A stretch of DNA of 64,000 nt from Ptychomitrium polyphyllum (taxonomy: Eukaryota). The position numbers were made by a program, and so were the translations under genes. The stretch's first letter is position 1, and each line of letters begins with the position of its first letter. The notes beneath the pieces were generated by a model. That model did no database searches and had not been told where the DNA came from. It worked only from the letters and a program-made list of their open reading frames with translations. Positions 29,201 to 41,600 of the stretch are shown here, piece after piece. The stretch spans positions 8,308,001 to 8,372,000 of the forward strand of contig OZ316775.1 in the NCBI GenBank assembly GCA_973851085.1, read 5' to 3'.

Positions 29201-31408
29201 GTCCAGTATTTTACGTTGTGTTTGTAGAATTGCATCTGGGCACAATAGTGAAGTCATGTACGAATTGTAGCCGATCTTAAGCAGGATTAAATTTGATCCT
29301 CTTCGAGTCCGGACAACGTACCTATGAGTTTGATCACTTAATTCTGGGTTTTATGAATTTCGACAGGTCTTGGAGGCTTCGTTGCGTGCAGGGCATTGTC
29401 ACAGCGCAATGATGATCCATCAAAAGCTTCACGTCCCTGGGATAAGGTGCATGATTGTTTAAGTCTCTGACACTTCTGTAGATTTTTTTTAAGGGTTAGG
29501 ATCTCCTAATCATGTAATCATTATATTGTAACTACCAAGTCGTGTTGTCAACCGTTGGGATTACAAGTCGACCTGTAATCTCGCTATTTTCTTACGTCCT
29601 ATATACAGATTCTGTGAGTCGCCTGTCTTGCACTGTTTAAATTTTGTTGGCATATGCTATTTTCTCTGCAATGCATCTTTAAACACAGGGACCTTGTACT
29701 TACTGGTGGCTTAATGGTGTCATGAAGGATCGAGATGGTTTTGTCATGGGAGAGGGAGCAGGAGTTCTTTTATTGGAGGAACTGGAACATGCCAAGGTAT
29801 AGCAGTATGATTTCTGCAATACTGGTTTCATAGATCTTTGGCATGATTCTCTTATCTATATTTCATTTGAGAGTTGTAGGCAGAAAAACTCTAATATTTT
29901 GTGCTTATCTGGTTGCAGGATCGTGGAGCAGAAATATATGCTGAATTTCTTGGAGGGAGCTTCTCGTGTGATGCTTATCATACAACTGAACCTCATCCTG
30001 AAGGTAAGCTCCAGAGAATCACTATTTCTTGATTACAGAACTGAAGATTATGTCCATTAGAATATACATTTGTTTAATTCAGAAGCCCATTCACGTCCTG
30101 TGTGACTAGGAGGTAGAATTTGGCATTCAATGCTCGAAAGCACTATTTAATAACAATAATTAGCAGCTACAGCAGGAAAGCTTTTGTCACTTTCTGTACT
30201 GAAGTCTTTGGAAACGTGCAGGTGCTGGTGTGCTACTTTGTATAGAGAAGGCTCTTGCACAAGCAGGAGTTAGCAGGCATGAAGTCAATTATGTGAACGC
30301 CCATGCAACGTCGACTGAAGCTGGTGATCTTCGTGAATACGAAGCTCTTATGCGTTTCTTTGGAAAGAATCCTGGGGTAAGATTGTCAAAATTTAGAACG
30401 GCGATTTCTATATCCCCGCTATGTTTTGGTTGTTAAGCATGTCATAGGAGTGAGGTCGCAAGATCTTTTGCTCTGTTAACATGTGAAGATTTTTTGTTCA
30501 TGTGAAAGTCCATCATTGGAAGGTCATGAGCAAGAACATTAAAAATTGATATTGTGGAACTTGGATAATACAACACTAGGAACGGTCCTGATTTCACCTG
30601 TACTATGTTAAAAGGTCCTTGATTTTGGTAGGTTCAACTGCGGAGTCACAAGTGATCTATTGTTCTTATTGAAGTTGAAGTTTTTGAAGTTGCTCATCCT
30701 CACCTCGTTCCACAAAAACATTCATTCTTCTGTTTCGTTATTTGCAGTTACGAATCAACTCAACGAAGTCAATGATTGGACATCTCCTTGGAGCTTCTGG
30801 CGCCGTGGAAGCCATCGCTACTGTTCAGGTCCATAATGGAGCAATTTCAATAGAGCCTCGAAATGTCATTTTAAAGATCTACTTTCCCACTTGTATGACC
30901 ATTAGCGATTCTAGATTTCCGAATCCCATGAATTTCTTTTCTTAAACTCTGGTGTTGCAAATGTGCGTCCTAGTTTGGTCAATTTTCATTTCTTCATTTT
31001 CAGAATTTCTGCATCTGCAGGCCATTAGGAGTGGCTGGGTACACCCGACTATCAATCTTGAAAATCCTGAGAGTGTTGTGGTAAGTTCTGCTTCACAAGC
31101 ATCTTCTGAACCTTTCAGTTAAAGTAAAGATACTTAGATTCTTTATCTTCGTCCATTTGATGCTTATTAGGATTTGTTAAGAAATTGCTTTTCCAGTACA
31201 CGGTTTTGTATTCCTTATGCACAATGTTGGAGTTGCCATAGTTCCTTTTCTTGATATCTGCGGTTTGATTCTACAGGATATGAAGGTGGTCGTAGGAGGA
31301 GAGAAGGAGAGATTGGATATCAAGGTGGCCTTGTCCAACTCTTTCGGCTTTGGTGGTCAGAATTCGTCCATCCTTTTTGCCCCGTACATTGAGACTAATG
31401 AGGACTAG
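26293..31408 (+). CDS. KASII: 3-ketoacyl-ACP synthase II, plastid
   Basis: 13 exons: 26293-26701, 27101-27315, 27791-27997, 28344-28454, 28594-28689, 29029-29074, 29367-29446, 29728-29796, 29919-30003, 30222-30376, 30748-30828, 31021-31080, 31277-31408. KAS II-type N-terminus [22 protein letters not shown]. Catalytic Cys (STACATSN) and two His ([15 protein letters not shown]). [10 protein letters not shown] and SNSFGFGG. Confidence 0.96.
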
Positions 31409-32040
31409 GCTGCATAGTAGGAGGGCTCGTGAGCGTCATTCTTACGAAAAAAATTGCAGTTTTAAAAATTTGAAACTTTGTTCAAATTTAAAGCTGGAAA
31501 TTTAGTCCTTCAGAGGCTGACCGTTTTCCAAGACCTTGCTGGTTATTGTCTGGTTTATTTTTAAATTATTTCTGTAAACAATGTTATTTTCGGTAGGAGC
31601 AGAAACGTTACCAAATTTCACAGTAGTGTAGAATCAGTATGAATTCAGGGATTTGTGAATTCCGATTTAAAGCAAAGATAATGAGTCTACATTGTCATAC
31701 TGTAATCCTTGTAAAAACTTGTCAACTGGGGGAAGTTATTGTGAATTGCATAAGGTCAGCATGGCAAGCCATCACTAGCATGTTAGAGCTGCTGGATCAA
31801 GAAACGTCTTTCCAGAATTATATTGTCCCTTTGGAGCGCAGACCACTTTCTGAAGAAAGCTTGATTTCTATTGATTTTTTGACATTGATAGAGCTGCCAA
31901 AAACATGACCCCTCAATGTAGTGTCTGAATGTAATATCTAATTAGACAATACAATAACATACAATCTGTTGTACATGGAAAAAGTTGAAATGTCTAATAA
32001 TGCTATTGAAGTCTTATGATGATTTTGATTTCTAATGTGA

Positions 32041-32110
32041 TTTTTGAAAGGGGTGTTCATTGCGCAATAAATAGTTTTTGAAAGGGATGTTCATTTCGCA
32101 ATAACTAGTT
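32041..32110. repeat. ~34-bp tandem duplication
   Basis: TTTTTGAAAGGGGTGTTCATTGCGCAATAAATAG followed by TTTTTGAAAGGGATGTTCATTTCGCAATAACTAG. Confidence 0.8.
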
Positions 32111-33025
32111 TCTTTATCAGATTTTCTAAAATATAATCAGTGAGATTTCAAAGTTAGTCAATAGTAAAATGTGATCACCTGCGCTTCACATAATGCAGAT
32201 AGTTTGACGACTCTATAGTTGTTTGGACGGAAGAGTTACTGTATGACGTGTAATTTACATGTTTTTCTTACTTATTTTACTTAAAGTAGTCAAGATGATT
32301 TAGGTTTCAACTTTAGAATTACATTTGTTTAGTTGGGTTTTCAACGTGTTACAACAGTGAAGAAATGTTGAGATATGTCTTAAGAAATTGCTTAGTAACA
32401 TTATTTTTTGAAATCTTTGATCCAATAATTCATCCATCGTAGCTAGTGTCGATTGTCGAATTATCTATGTGCAGAGAAATAATGACTGTTAACAGTCGAG
32501 GCAATTAAGTATTAAATGTGCAGCTGTGATTACAGTTGTGATATTGTACTATGCAAAGAGAGTAATAATGTACAATCATTAAGCACCTGTAAAGAACACA
32601 AGTTCTCAAGTGTGCAATAACAAGAAAATACTGAAATTAGCAAACATTCAATTGGAAAAACAAGTGAACTAAATAGTGGCCGTTACTTAAATGCACATGT
32701 GAACTGTCGGAACTCAAGAGTACATTACAACTTGGATTTGCTATTCGAAAATATAATTGAAAATATATCATACCTTAATGTCCAATAATTCAAATACCTG
32801 AAATTACAGATATAAAAGGGCCTCATATGTACACATTTTTGCAACGACCAACTCACGATAACTACCTTGAAACACTCTAGAAGCTATCCATGATAAGTGC
32901 TGCCTTCATTCCCGCCTTTACTTTATACCCACTACAACCACTAGTACACCTCCAAGACCTGCCTCTGTTCCTATCACTCTTTTTTACAAAAGAAGCGCTA
33001 CCGCGTCCACATACGCCTCCGCCAT

Positions 33026-33463
33026 CTAATATACAGTGGTAGTCCTGCTCCTGTGGCCAGCACCAGTAAGATTACGCTTGATGCGGCGAAGGTAGAAGAG
33101 CGGGTTGATGTAGTTTAACTTCGCCCTGGTCTTTGCCTTCTGGTATCCCACGGGGTGAGTCACCCGGTTCTTCTTCCAGCGTAGCCTGTTCATCGGATTA
33201 TACCTGCAACACCAAACGAAACTCTGATCTTCAACACGTGAAAGTGATCACAGCGGCACCTCCACAAAAGGAAAAACACCCAACGCTTCATCGATCACCT
33301 CTGCGACGAAGGACAGACCAGGCGACAAACGCCTAACAAATTTATAACATGTAACACTACAAATGCAGGATTCTCGTCAATACCTCTGCATCCTCCAACG
33401 AGCAGTACCGCCGGGGTGAGTGGCAGCCTGCACATTAGCGTCCGCATGCCTCAAAGTGTTCAT
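33026..33463 (-). CDS. Small basic protein of unknown function, copy A (85 aa, 2 exons)
   Basis: Exons 33463-33384 and 33203-33026 with a phase-2 GT-AG intron. Product: MNTLRHADANVQAATHPGGTARWRMQRYNPMNRLRWKKNRVTHPVGYQKAKTRAKLNYINPLFYLRRIKRNLTGAGHRSRTTTVY. Supported by the gap-free paralogue at 36643-37095. Confidence 0.88.
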
Positions 33464-35956
33464 GATGACTACGAAAGCCCGGTGTCACAAAGAATCCAAC
33501 CTCTCCAAGACGGTCTAAATGATCTTTCAGACTGGAAGTTACTGCACGAGAACTGGTAGAAAACTGTGAATGCTGCTAATGCGACGAATGCTGAGAGAAT
33601 GAGATGGTTGTCTACAGAGAGGCATCGACTGATCTTATACAACCGGTTTGCGGCCACAAAGTGACGGGTACTTTGGCGGGAGACAGAGGTTGAGGACATG
33701 AGAGGGCGCCATGTGGCCAGGCCAGGTGGGCAGGTCCGACGAAAGAAGCGGTGCCATATGGCGGCTGCTCTGGGGTGACATCTGGAATGGGTGGTGTGAC
33801 GTGGACGACCACAGGTGGTTGGTGACTGGATATTACGACCGTGCTGAGCTGGATCGCCGGTCCGCACGTCGATTGCTGTTATAGGACGGCTGGTGGTTAT
33901 TCTAGGAAGATAGGGGAGCATCTTGGCCTCCTCCGCCTTTAGTTAGTCCAATGGTCCTCCGCCAACGAATGGTGTGCAGCAACGCGGATGATCGTTCTAT
34001 CTACATTCGAGCATTGTTAACTCATCCATTATAAGCACCACAGGAATGTAGCGAGTAAAACTTGTAATAATTCAGTTTTCAAATATGATAAAATCAAACT
34101 TATAACATGTAAATTCTTCATTTCATAAGATTTTACATAAGGTCCAATTTTATTCAAAAAATCTATTAGAGAATGGATTCGAAACAAATGGGAAGTGGCT
34201 CCATTCTATTTTAAAGCTACCTCAAATTTTTTGAATCATTGATATTCAGTCAATGATATCAACAACAAGCATTTAGAGCACGCTTACATTGTAATGAAGT
34301 CAATTTTCCACCTGTTTTGGTATGAATTCAGAGTAACAAAAATCTAATTTTATGTAAAAGTTTATTTATTATTTCTTACTGAGTAGTATAACAAATGGCA
34401 AAATGAAAAGCTAATGGTTGATGTAGGTAATCAAAATTCTTTGGATTCATCATTGGTCTGACAAGATATCATTGTACAAAAATTTCAAAATATTGTATTA
34501 TTTCAATGAACTCTACATATTTATATTAGTAATTACTAAATTGGAGGCACTGTATAAACCTCTAAAGCTCTTTTCAACTCATTTTGGATTTTGGTGCAAT
34601 TCTAAAGAGATTTTTGAAATATTTTAATTCTTACCTTTTGAATTTTGTATTTGATAAAATATATTCTTTAAATAAATAATTTTTTTACGTAAATTATTGC
34701 TAACACATTTTTTTTTAAATGAAAGATGATTTAAATTAACAAAAAAATATCATATTAAAGAGAAAGAAAGATAGTAGTTAATCTTTAAAGGTCAATGACT
34801 TGAATTTAATTTGACAAATATCTAGTATATTTCTAAATTTTTGAAAAGAATAAGTAACTTTTAAATGTCATGCTTTATATTTTGATTCTAAATGAGTTTC
34901 ATTTGAGCTATGAAAATCATATGTTTTAATCCTATATAAATTCTACAAAAATATTTGTAGTATTTTAAGAATGAATTCAATTTCAATTCTACATTGCTCT
35001 TTTAATACTTGCTTTATAAATCACTAAAATTCTAGCTTTTGGTTGAAATTTCTTACATCATCGAGGTTTAATTGGTTTACATTTTAGTGCATAACATAAT
35101 CTACAAGTTTAAAGTTTAAAAAATGAATAAAAGTATTTGAAGGAAAAAAAATCTATATATATATATGGCCCAATTGTTCATTTTTATGATTTCATTCATC
35201 CATATGTGTGTATTTTTTGCTCCATTCTAAATCATTTTTTCTATCTTTTCAATTCATAACAATTATTGATAAGTTCAAATGTAATTTTTGATTTTTTTTC
35301 TAATTCAAACTTAAAGAACTTTATCAAATTTTGGAATTTTGATAACTTAGATATAGTATCTTTAGCATAGAAACCTTCTATTATGCTCTATTTGAAATTC
35401 TTTCAATATACTTAGAAAATAAATGAAGCACTATGGTACATGAAATGGAATTAATTCTAACTAATGACTTTCAACAAGTATTTTACAAAAGTATTGTTTG
35501 TTATTTGTTATGGTTTATTTAGTTTTTGCAATATTTGATTATTGATAGTCATTTAAAATTTGTTAGTTATGTTAAAATGGAACATGAAGAATCCAAGTAT
35601 AAAACCTATGAAATTCCACTTTAAAAATCCGCAATACATTCAACACTTGTTGAACAAAAGGTTTCACCACCATTTCACTTGCTAAGCTCTCAAAAATAAT
35701 TTTACATATTTGATACTGTGTTCAAACTAGCCACAACAGAAAGGTGGTCCCTTCATTCTTGGGGGACTTTGGCATCCAAATAGAGTACAAGTGAAAACAG
35801 GTATTCAAATCCAGATACTGAAAACATGATAACCAGGTGACCGTATCTTTATCCTGTAGACATTCTCTCCGAGAATCCGGCTCATGTCGACTCAGAGCAC
35901 GTTCTGAAACCTTGCGGCAGAATGCAACAGCAAGTGCGCTTGCCAACTAGGTATGT

Positions 35957-36267
35957 ACACGTGGCAGTAGGTTGCACGTGGCACGCATACATTGGCAATC
36001 GCTTAGCATCTAGGGTTTGTCCAAATCAAACACCACAAGGAACATAGGCTGCTGCAAACTTCACAGGTCACAACCAAGAACTTTGACATTATAGTCGTCT
36101 ACAACTACAAACGGGGAAAGAAAGCAGGAGCTCTATTTGTTACTAGATATGAACCGGCCTGCTGCCTGCAGTCTGCTAACAGCAGGAACGCTAAGTTGCG
36201 GAATGGAACATACCGACCTGGGAGACCGAAGCAAGCCCAAAGATATCAATAATGTATGCCACGTGTC
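35957..36267. promoter_or_regulatory. ABRE/G-box cluster plus DRE core upstream of copy B
   Basis: ACACGTGGC 35957-35965, GCACGTGGC 35974-35982, GCCACGTGTC 36258-36267 and ACCGAC 36212-36217. Confidence 0.55.
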
Positions 36268-36333
36268 AGCCCATACTTCCCTTACTCCTTCTTTCGTGGG
36301 CGCTTGGCGGCCAAGGAAATAAAGAAGCATCGC

Positions 36334-36503
36334 CGTACACGCTACGTACCCAATACGTACATTCCACGTACCAGCCTCACTGGCACTTCCTGTGAGTGCA
36401 GTGCAAGTACAAAGGTCGAACCCATCTTCCCTGCTAGGCAAGAAAAACATCGTTCCGTGTTTGGTCGTACCAAGCCTACTGTATTCTTACGTTTCTTTTG
36501 TAC
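36334..36503. promoter_or_regulatory. GTAC (SBP/SPL-binding core) cluster
   Basis: GTAC at 36335, 36346, 36357 and 36368 (all CGTAC, exact 11-bp period), plus 36407, 36467 and 36500. Confidence 0.5.
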
Positions 36504-36642
36504 AAGGGCTTTGCTGCTAGCTTTCAAGCTCCGTGATTTGATTCATTCGCTCGAGCCCTAGCAAGAGTTGCAGATCGTTCCTTGGAGGTTGTGTGCTGTG
36601 AGGAGGAGCCGCGTTTCCATTAGCGAGAGTTGATTAGGAGGC

Positions 36643-37095
36643 ATGGACGCTTTGAGGCATGCGGATGCCAGAGTGCAGACTGCGGCACATCCGCGGGGGA
36701 CTGCTCGGTGGAGGCTGAACAGGTGTGTGATTCAGGGGGTGCATTGATCGTGTGGCTCTTGTTTTGCATATTGCGTTTGTTCTGCGTTTGTTCGGGTGTG
36801 GAGGATACTGAGTTGCTCTGCAGTTGGTCTTGTAGTTTCGTGTGGGATGGGCTTTTTTCCACAACGGATCGTTTTGGGGTTCGTGTGTTGACGGTTTGAT
36901 TTTATTGGCTGCTGCAGATACAACCCCTTGGCTAGGTTGCGCTGGAAAAAGAACAGAGTAGCGCACCCCGTCGCGCACCAGAAAGCGAAGACCAGGGCGA
37001 GGTTGAACTATATCAACCCTCTCTTCTACATCCGCCGCATCAAGCGCAATCTCACTGGTTTTGGTCGCCGACGCAGGACGACGACTGTGTTGTAG
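36643..37095 (+). CDS. Small basic protein of unknown function, copy B (85 aa, 2 exons)
   Basis: Exons 36643-36722 and 36918-37095, with the same exon sizes and intron phase as copy A. Product: MDALRHADARVQTAAHPRGTARWRLNRYNPLARLRWKKNRVAHPVAHQKAKTRARLNYINPLFYIRRIKRNLTGFGRRRRTTTVL. 66/85 residues identical to copy A by manual count. Confidence 0.88.
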
Positions 37096-38681
37096 TTTCG
37101 AAATGCAGTTCCAGAAACTGGGATAGGGGCTACATTGCAGGTTCTGTGTCTCAATAGGCAGATGCAAAACGGGTTGAAACTTGTGTAGGCAGATTTGAAG
37201 GTGTATCACAAGTCGCAGTGCTTTAGAGAAGTTAGAGCAGCACTATCCATGGATAGCTCCTCAATGTATATGGCATAGTAGTTTCCATGGAATGGTTGCT
37301 GGAAGAGTGTAAACATATCCGGCACCTCCTTACATGTAATTTCAGGTCTTAGCAAATGTTAACTTTTACTAAACCAAAATCAATCATGTTTTGAGTCGGG
37401 CATTTTGATTACTCTACAAGTGTGTTCATGTTTGGTTGATTGAATAATTGTTTGTTAAATATTGACTCTGATAGTCTTTTAGACCTATTTACTAGTTCCA
37501 AGCTCAAATCACGGTTCTTTGCAGAGAGCGGCTAAAATAAGCGGGTATCTAAAGTGTCTTTCACCGTGACTCATCAACTTCAGTATTCAACAATTTCTTT
37601 CGAGGGAGTTCAATGGGCACCCTTCACAATCACAATCTTTCCGGCAAATTCCAAGCTTCTGTACACTCTCTGTATAAAGTACCCACCTGCAGAAGTAGGC
37701 AGGATGCCACGTCAGCCACACGACAAATGTTGTCTCAGCATCCGAGACAACATACTTTTTACTTTGGATTATGGAGGCATGATGGTCAGAAGATCTGTTG
37801 ACCACACAGGTGGTGGAGAATAGTCTTACTTCCACTGCTTAGCAGTCGCTTTGCTTGGCTTTGCCGCCAATTGTGCTGAAGACAGTAAAAAAGTTCGGTA
37901 GCGTTTGTCATTCTTGGACAGTGCTTCTCCTGAGCATGTTTGATGAAGTAGACTGCACAAAAACTTTGGGCTTTAAAGTTGTGCAAAGGAATCACTGTGG
38001 CATCAAACATAATTACTTCAGGTATTTCGGCTATTTGTGAAGAAAGTGGATTTTACTTCTAGCAAAAGTCCTTCCCTTGCACATAATCTTGTGCATGGAT
38101 CTTCAAAAGCTCGCATAAGGATGTTAGAAGGGTCCTCCATTTAGGAATTTTTTAAGGAATTAAATATAGAACTTGTTGAATGCATGATAAATGGTTAATA
38201 TATGCAGATTCAAATGATCAATGTAGAGTCTAATTTAATATTATAACACATATTTATGTAACAGCTTTGTAATGTAATTGCAATAGTCAGTGCTAGTTCT
38301 GCAAACTACATTCCATTGCATTCAGACTAGTTCATTGAAGCTTCACAAAACCATTAGAGTCCGCAACACAATCCACACCAGTTCTGTCTGTAGACCTAAT
38401 GCACTAATCGTATCCGTTTCACATGAATGAGCTCCACTGGTGCAATTAGTTAACTTACTCATAAAGATGTTGCCAAAACTATCAACGAACCAGGTAGATT
38501 CTAGAGTAGAAAAGATAACAAAATTGAAAGAATCACGAACGGGGTGCGAGTATTACTGTTTGTAAATATGATACAAGTGAAAAAAAGGGCTCATCCCGTA
38601 TTCAGATGAAGGGAGAGCTGGTAAGGTCAAGTACTGTGTCACCTAAGGATTAGCACAATGGAGTCATACACTTGATCAGAA

Positions 38682-41600
38682 CTAGTGTCTTTCTCTTTCT
38701 TTGGAACTCTCTGAAGATGATGATGACGATGATGAAGAGGACGACGAAGAGGAAGAGGACGAGGTAGAGGAAGAGCTGTCATCATCTCGAGAGTTAACTG
38801 TTGTTTCAATAGATGGAACTGCTCTTTGAAGCTGAAGAGTGGTAGACGGCTGCTCTCGTGGCTCATTTTCCACGAGAGTGTTAGCTCGAGATGTGCTGGC
38901 TTCAGACTCAGGTTCTCTCGCGCTATCAGTCCTTACTTCCTCAGTAGATGGACGAGTCTTCAGTGAGCTACTTGCTCTCAACTTTTGAGAAGACTGTCTA
39001 AGAGCTTTAGATGAGTGACCTCTACTTGTTTCCCCTGCTGTCTCTTGGGGTTCCTTCAAGAGAGTTGATAACGTTTTCGCACGTTTAAAGTCTGGTTTGG
39101 CAAAGCTGGGGGAATCCAGATAGAGCACTTCTCTCAACGTACCCAATGACTTCGCACGTGAGTATGCAGGTTGAGATGTACCCTCTACCAGAGGTGCTGA
39201 GGGAACCTCTGCCTTCTGACTCGAAGACTTTGCTTCGTCTTTTGACAGCGGGGAGCTAGGTGAAGGAGCATATCTAGCCAGGCCAAAAGTCTTGGCTCGC
39301 GAGAAATGTCCTCGCTGGGCATCAGAAGCCAGCTCCGAAGATTCTCTAATAGTGCTCATCGTCTGAGCTCTAGGAAATCTCTGATTCGATGAGCCCCTCA
39401 ATGGTGATCCCCGTAGAGGCGAACCTGGAGAGCCTGTGAAGGAGGGTGAAATACCACCTGTCTCGTCTTCACTTTCATTTCCCAAGAATGCCCCGCGCCG
39501 GAATGCAAGAGGAGAGCCAAATTCTGAGCCAGAGTTTTCTCGTGAGAGCTGGCCTTTCACATATCTCTGAAGATAAGATATTTCGTCGCTGTCATGAACA
39601 GCATCACTTTTATAGAGCACTCCTCTCTGAAGTGCAAGAGGGGAAGATTCTGAGCTTGAATTCTCTCGTGAAAGCTGCCCTCTCAAATAGCCCCGCAGAT
39701 AAGCTGTTCTCAAAGTTTCCTCGTCCATGTCATCCTCAACGGGCTCCCCAGCCATCGAATTTTTCCTGGACATCTGCGCTCTTACATATCGTTGTAGCTC
39801 TCGTAGGGCTGCTTTCTCGGCATCACCCTCGATAGATACTTCCAAGTTCAAAGTGGATGATGACTTGGGAGAGTCGGTCTCTGAAGGCTGGCTTCCCAAG
39901 CGATTCTGCAATCCTTCTGCTTCATTAATTTCGGAAACGGATGACGGTGCTCGTGACATCTGGCCTCTCAAAAACCTTGCGGCTTCATCACTAACTCGCA
40001 AAGACTCGATGAATGAGTTATCACGAGATAACTGCCCTTGCAAGTAACGTTGCAGCGAACGTATTCTTGCAAGTTCATTGCTGCTATCATCCCCATCGTT
40101 TGCTAGCGTTCCTGCTACTGATGAGCGTGGAGAATCAGTCTCTGATGATGCATTACTCTCCCCGTCGTAGTTGCTGCGTGATGATGCAGAATCGAGAAAA
40201 CTTCGCGCTGAGTGGTACCTTCTCAAGGAATCCCTTCGAAGTTCTCCCTCAAGCAAGCTCCTTGACCCGCGTCTTCCCGAAGAAGTTGAACCAGCTGCCT
40301 CTCCAGGATCACCATAAAAGAAGCCTCGACTGAAAATCAATGGAGGCCCTAAATCTGAGCTCTCTCTCTCTCGGTTTGGTAAGGAAAGATTCGCCAAGGA
40401 TGAAACTTGGTTTGCATCATCCTCAGCAGCTTGATGGAAAGCTCCCCATTTGAAAGCTAAGGGAGATGACTCGGAGTCTTGGTCGACTTCTTCACTATCG
40501 TCTAGTTCTACGAACTCGTCTTCTGCCCTCGCTGGTAAGGAGTCCTGCAATGCAGACTTATCGTCCTCTTCAATGTCATCCTCTTCTTTCTGGCCTTTCT
40601 CCACATCTGCACCATCCTTCTCATCTGAGAAATCAGGATGCTTGTATGCATTTCGTAGGAAAACCGAGAGGTTGAGGTCTGGTTCTTGCTGCTTTTCTCT
40701 AGTGTCTTTCTCCATAGCATTCTGTTCACAAACGAAACTAGTATCAATCTTGCAAAATTCAAAAGAACTGAGTCAGTAGAAACAGTTTCTCAAAAAACAA
40801 GAACTCCAAACTGCTGAAAATTTCATGATCATTTTGCATTAGAAACCCTTCACCCACCAAATTACAGCCGTGACAGGAACATTTAGCAAACCAAAAACTA
40901 GAGAGCATTGGTCGTAGGTCATAAGTAAGATGATTCGAAAGCCTGGAGCATACTTACCTCTAAGGGATAATTCGTGAACACAGCCTCAAACCGCTTCTTG
41001 CAGTAATTATGAAAAAGCAAAGTCAATATTGGTAATGCAATCATGAAGGGTGTTGAACTACAAGAATCTCTCACATAACGAAGAATTTTGCTCTTAATGC
41101 TTCGTCCAGGAGCTGTCTGTACGAAGGATATCGGACCCTTAACGAGAAATAAACCGATGAGTGTAAGATGTTCTAAAATGAGAGAAGCAATAATACGCCC
41201 ATGAACATGAGGCCAGAAAGCTCCTGCACTCTCATAGATAGGATTATATACGTTGATAACCTGTAGACATCTCCCACAATAATCACATAATCAAACACTT
41301 TGATGGTTAATAAGAACTCTACAAGTGCATAAAAACATTTAGTGCAAAGATGTAATCCTGAAAAATGTAATAAAAAATTTGACCAGGAAAATAGGACAAA
41401 AACTGAAGCCGATGATACAAGAAAGTATACCTGATAACGGTAAACAACAAAACCGAAGGCCAGGAATATAATAATAAATGGTAAGATAACCGGTGTAATG
41501 ACAGAATACACGAGGCCCATTAAGAAATAAAGTTGCAGCTGAGGCAATGTCTGATCTAGAGTAATAGTCCCTGGGGATGTCGCTTGCAGTCTGTCTCTGT

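Noticed and set aside
33469..33921. 150-aa minus-strand ORF upstream of microprotein A
   Set aside because: It ends just before the A start codon, has no counterpart next to copy B and has no recognisable motif. It is most likely a chance ORF in a GC-rich promoter/leader.
36630..36899. Cys-rich ORF (ACGCQSADCG...) resembling a metallothionein
   Set aside because: It is an alternative frame of microprotein B exon 1 running into the intron. The same frame in paralogue A has a stop (EACGR*), and the ORF lacks an ATG start.
36634..37209. 191-aa minus-strand ORF
   Set aside because: It is the antisense shadow of microprotein B and its intron.
37554..38040. Several short ORFs between microprotein B and OSCA
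   Set aside because: No motif, no consistent frame and no splice structure.
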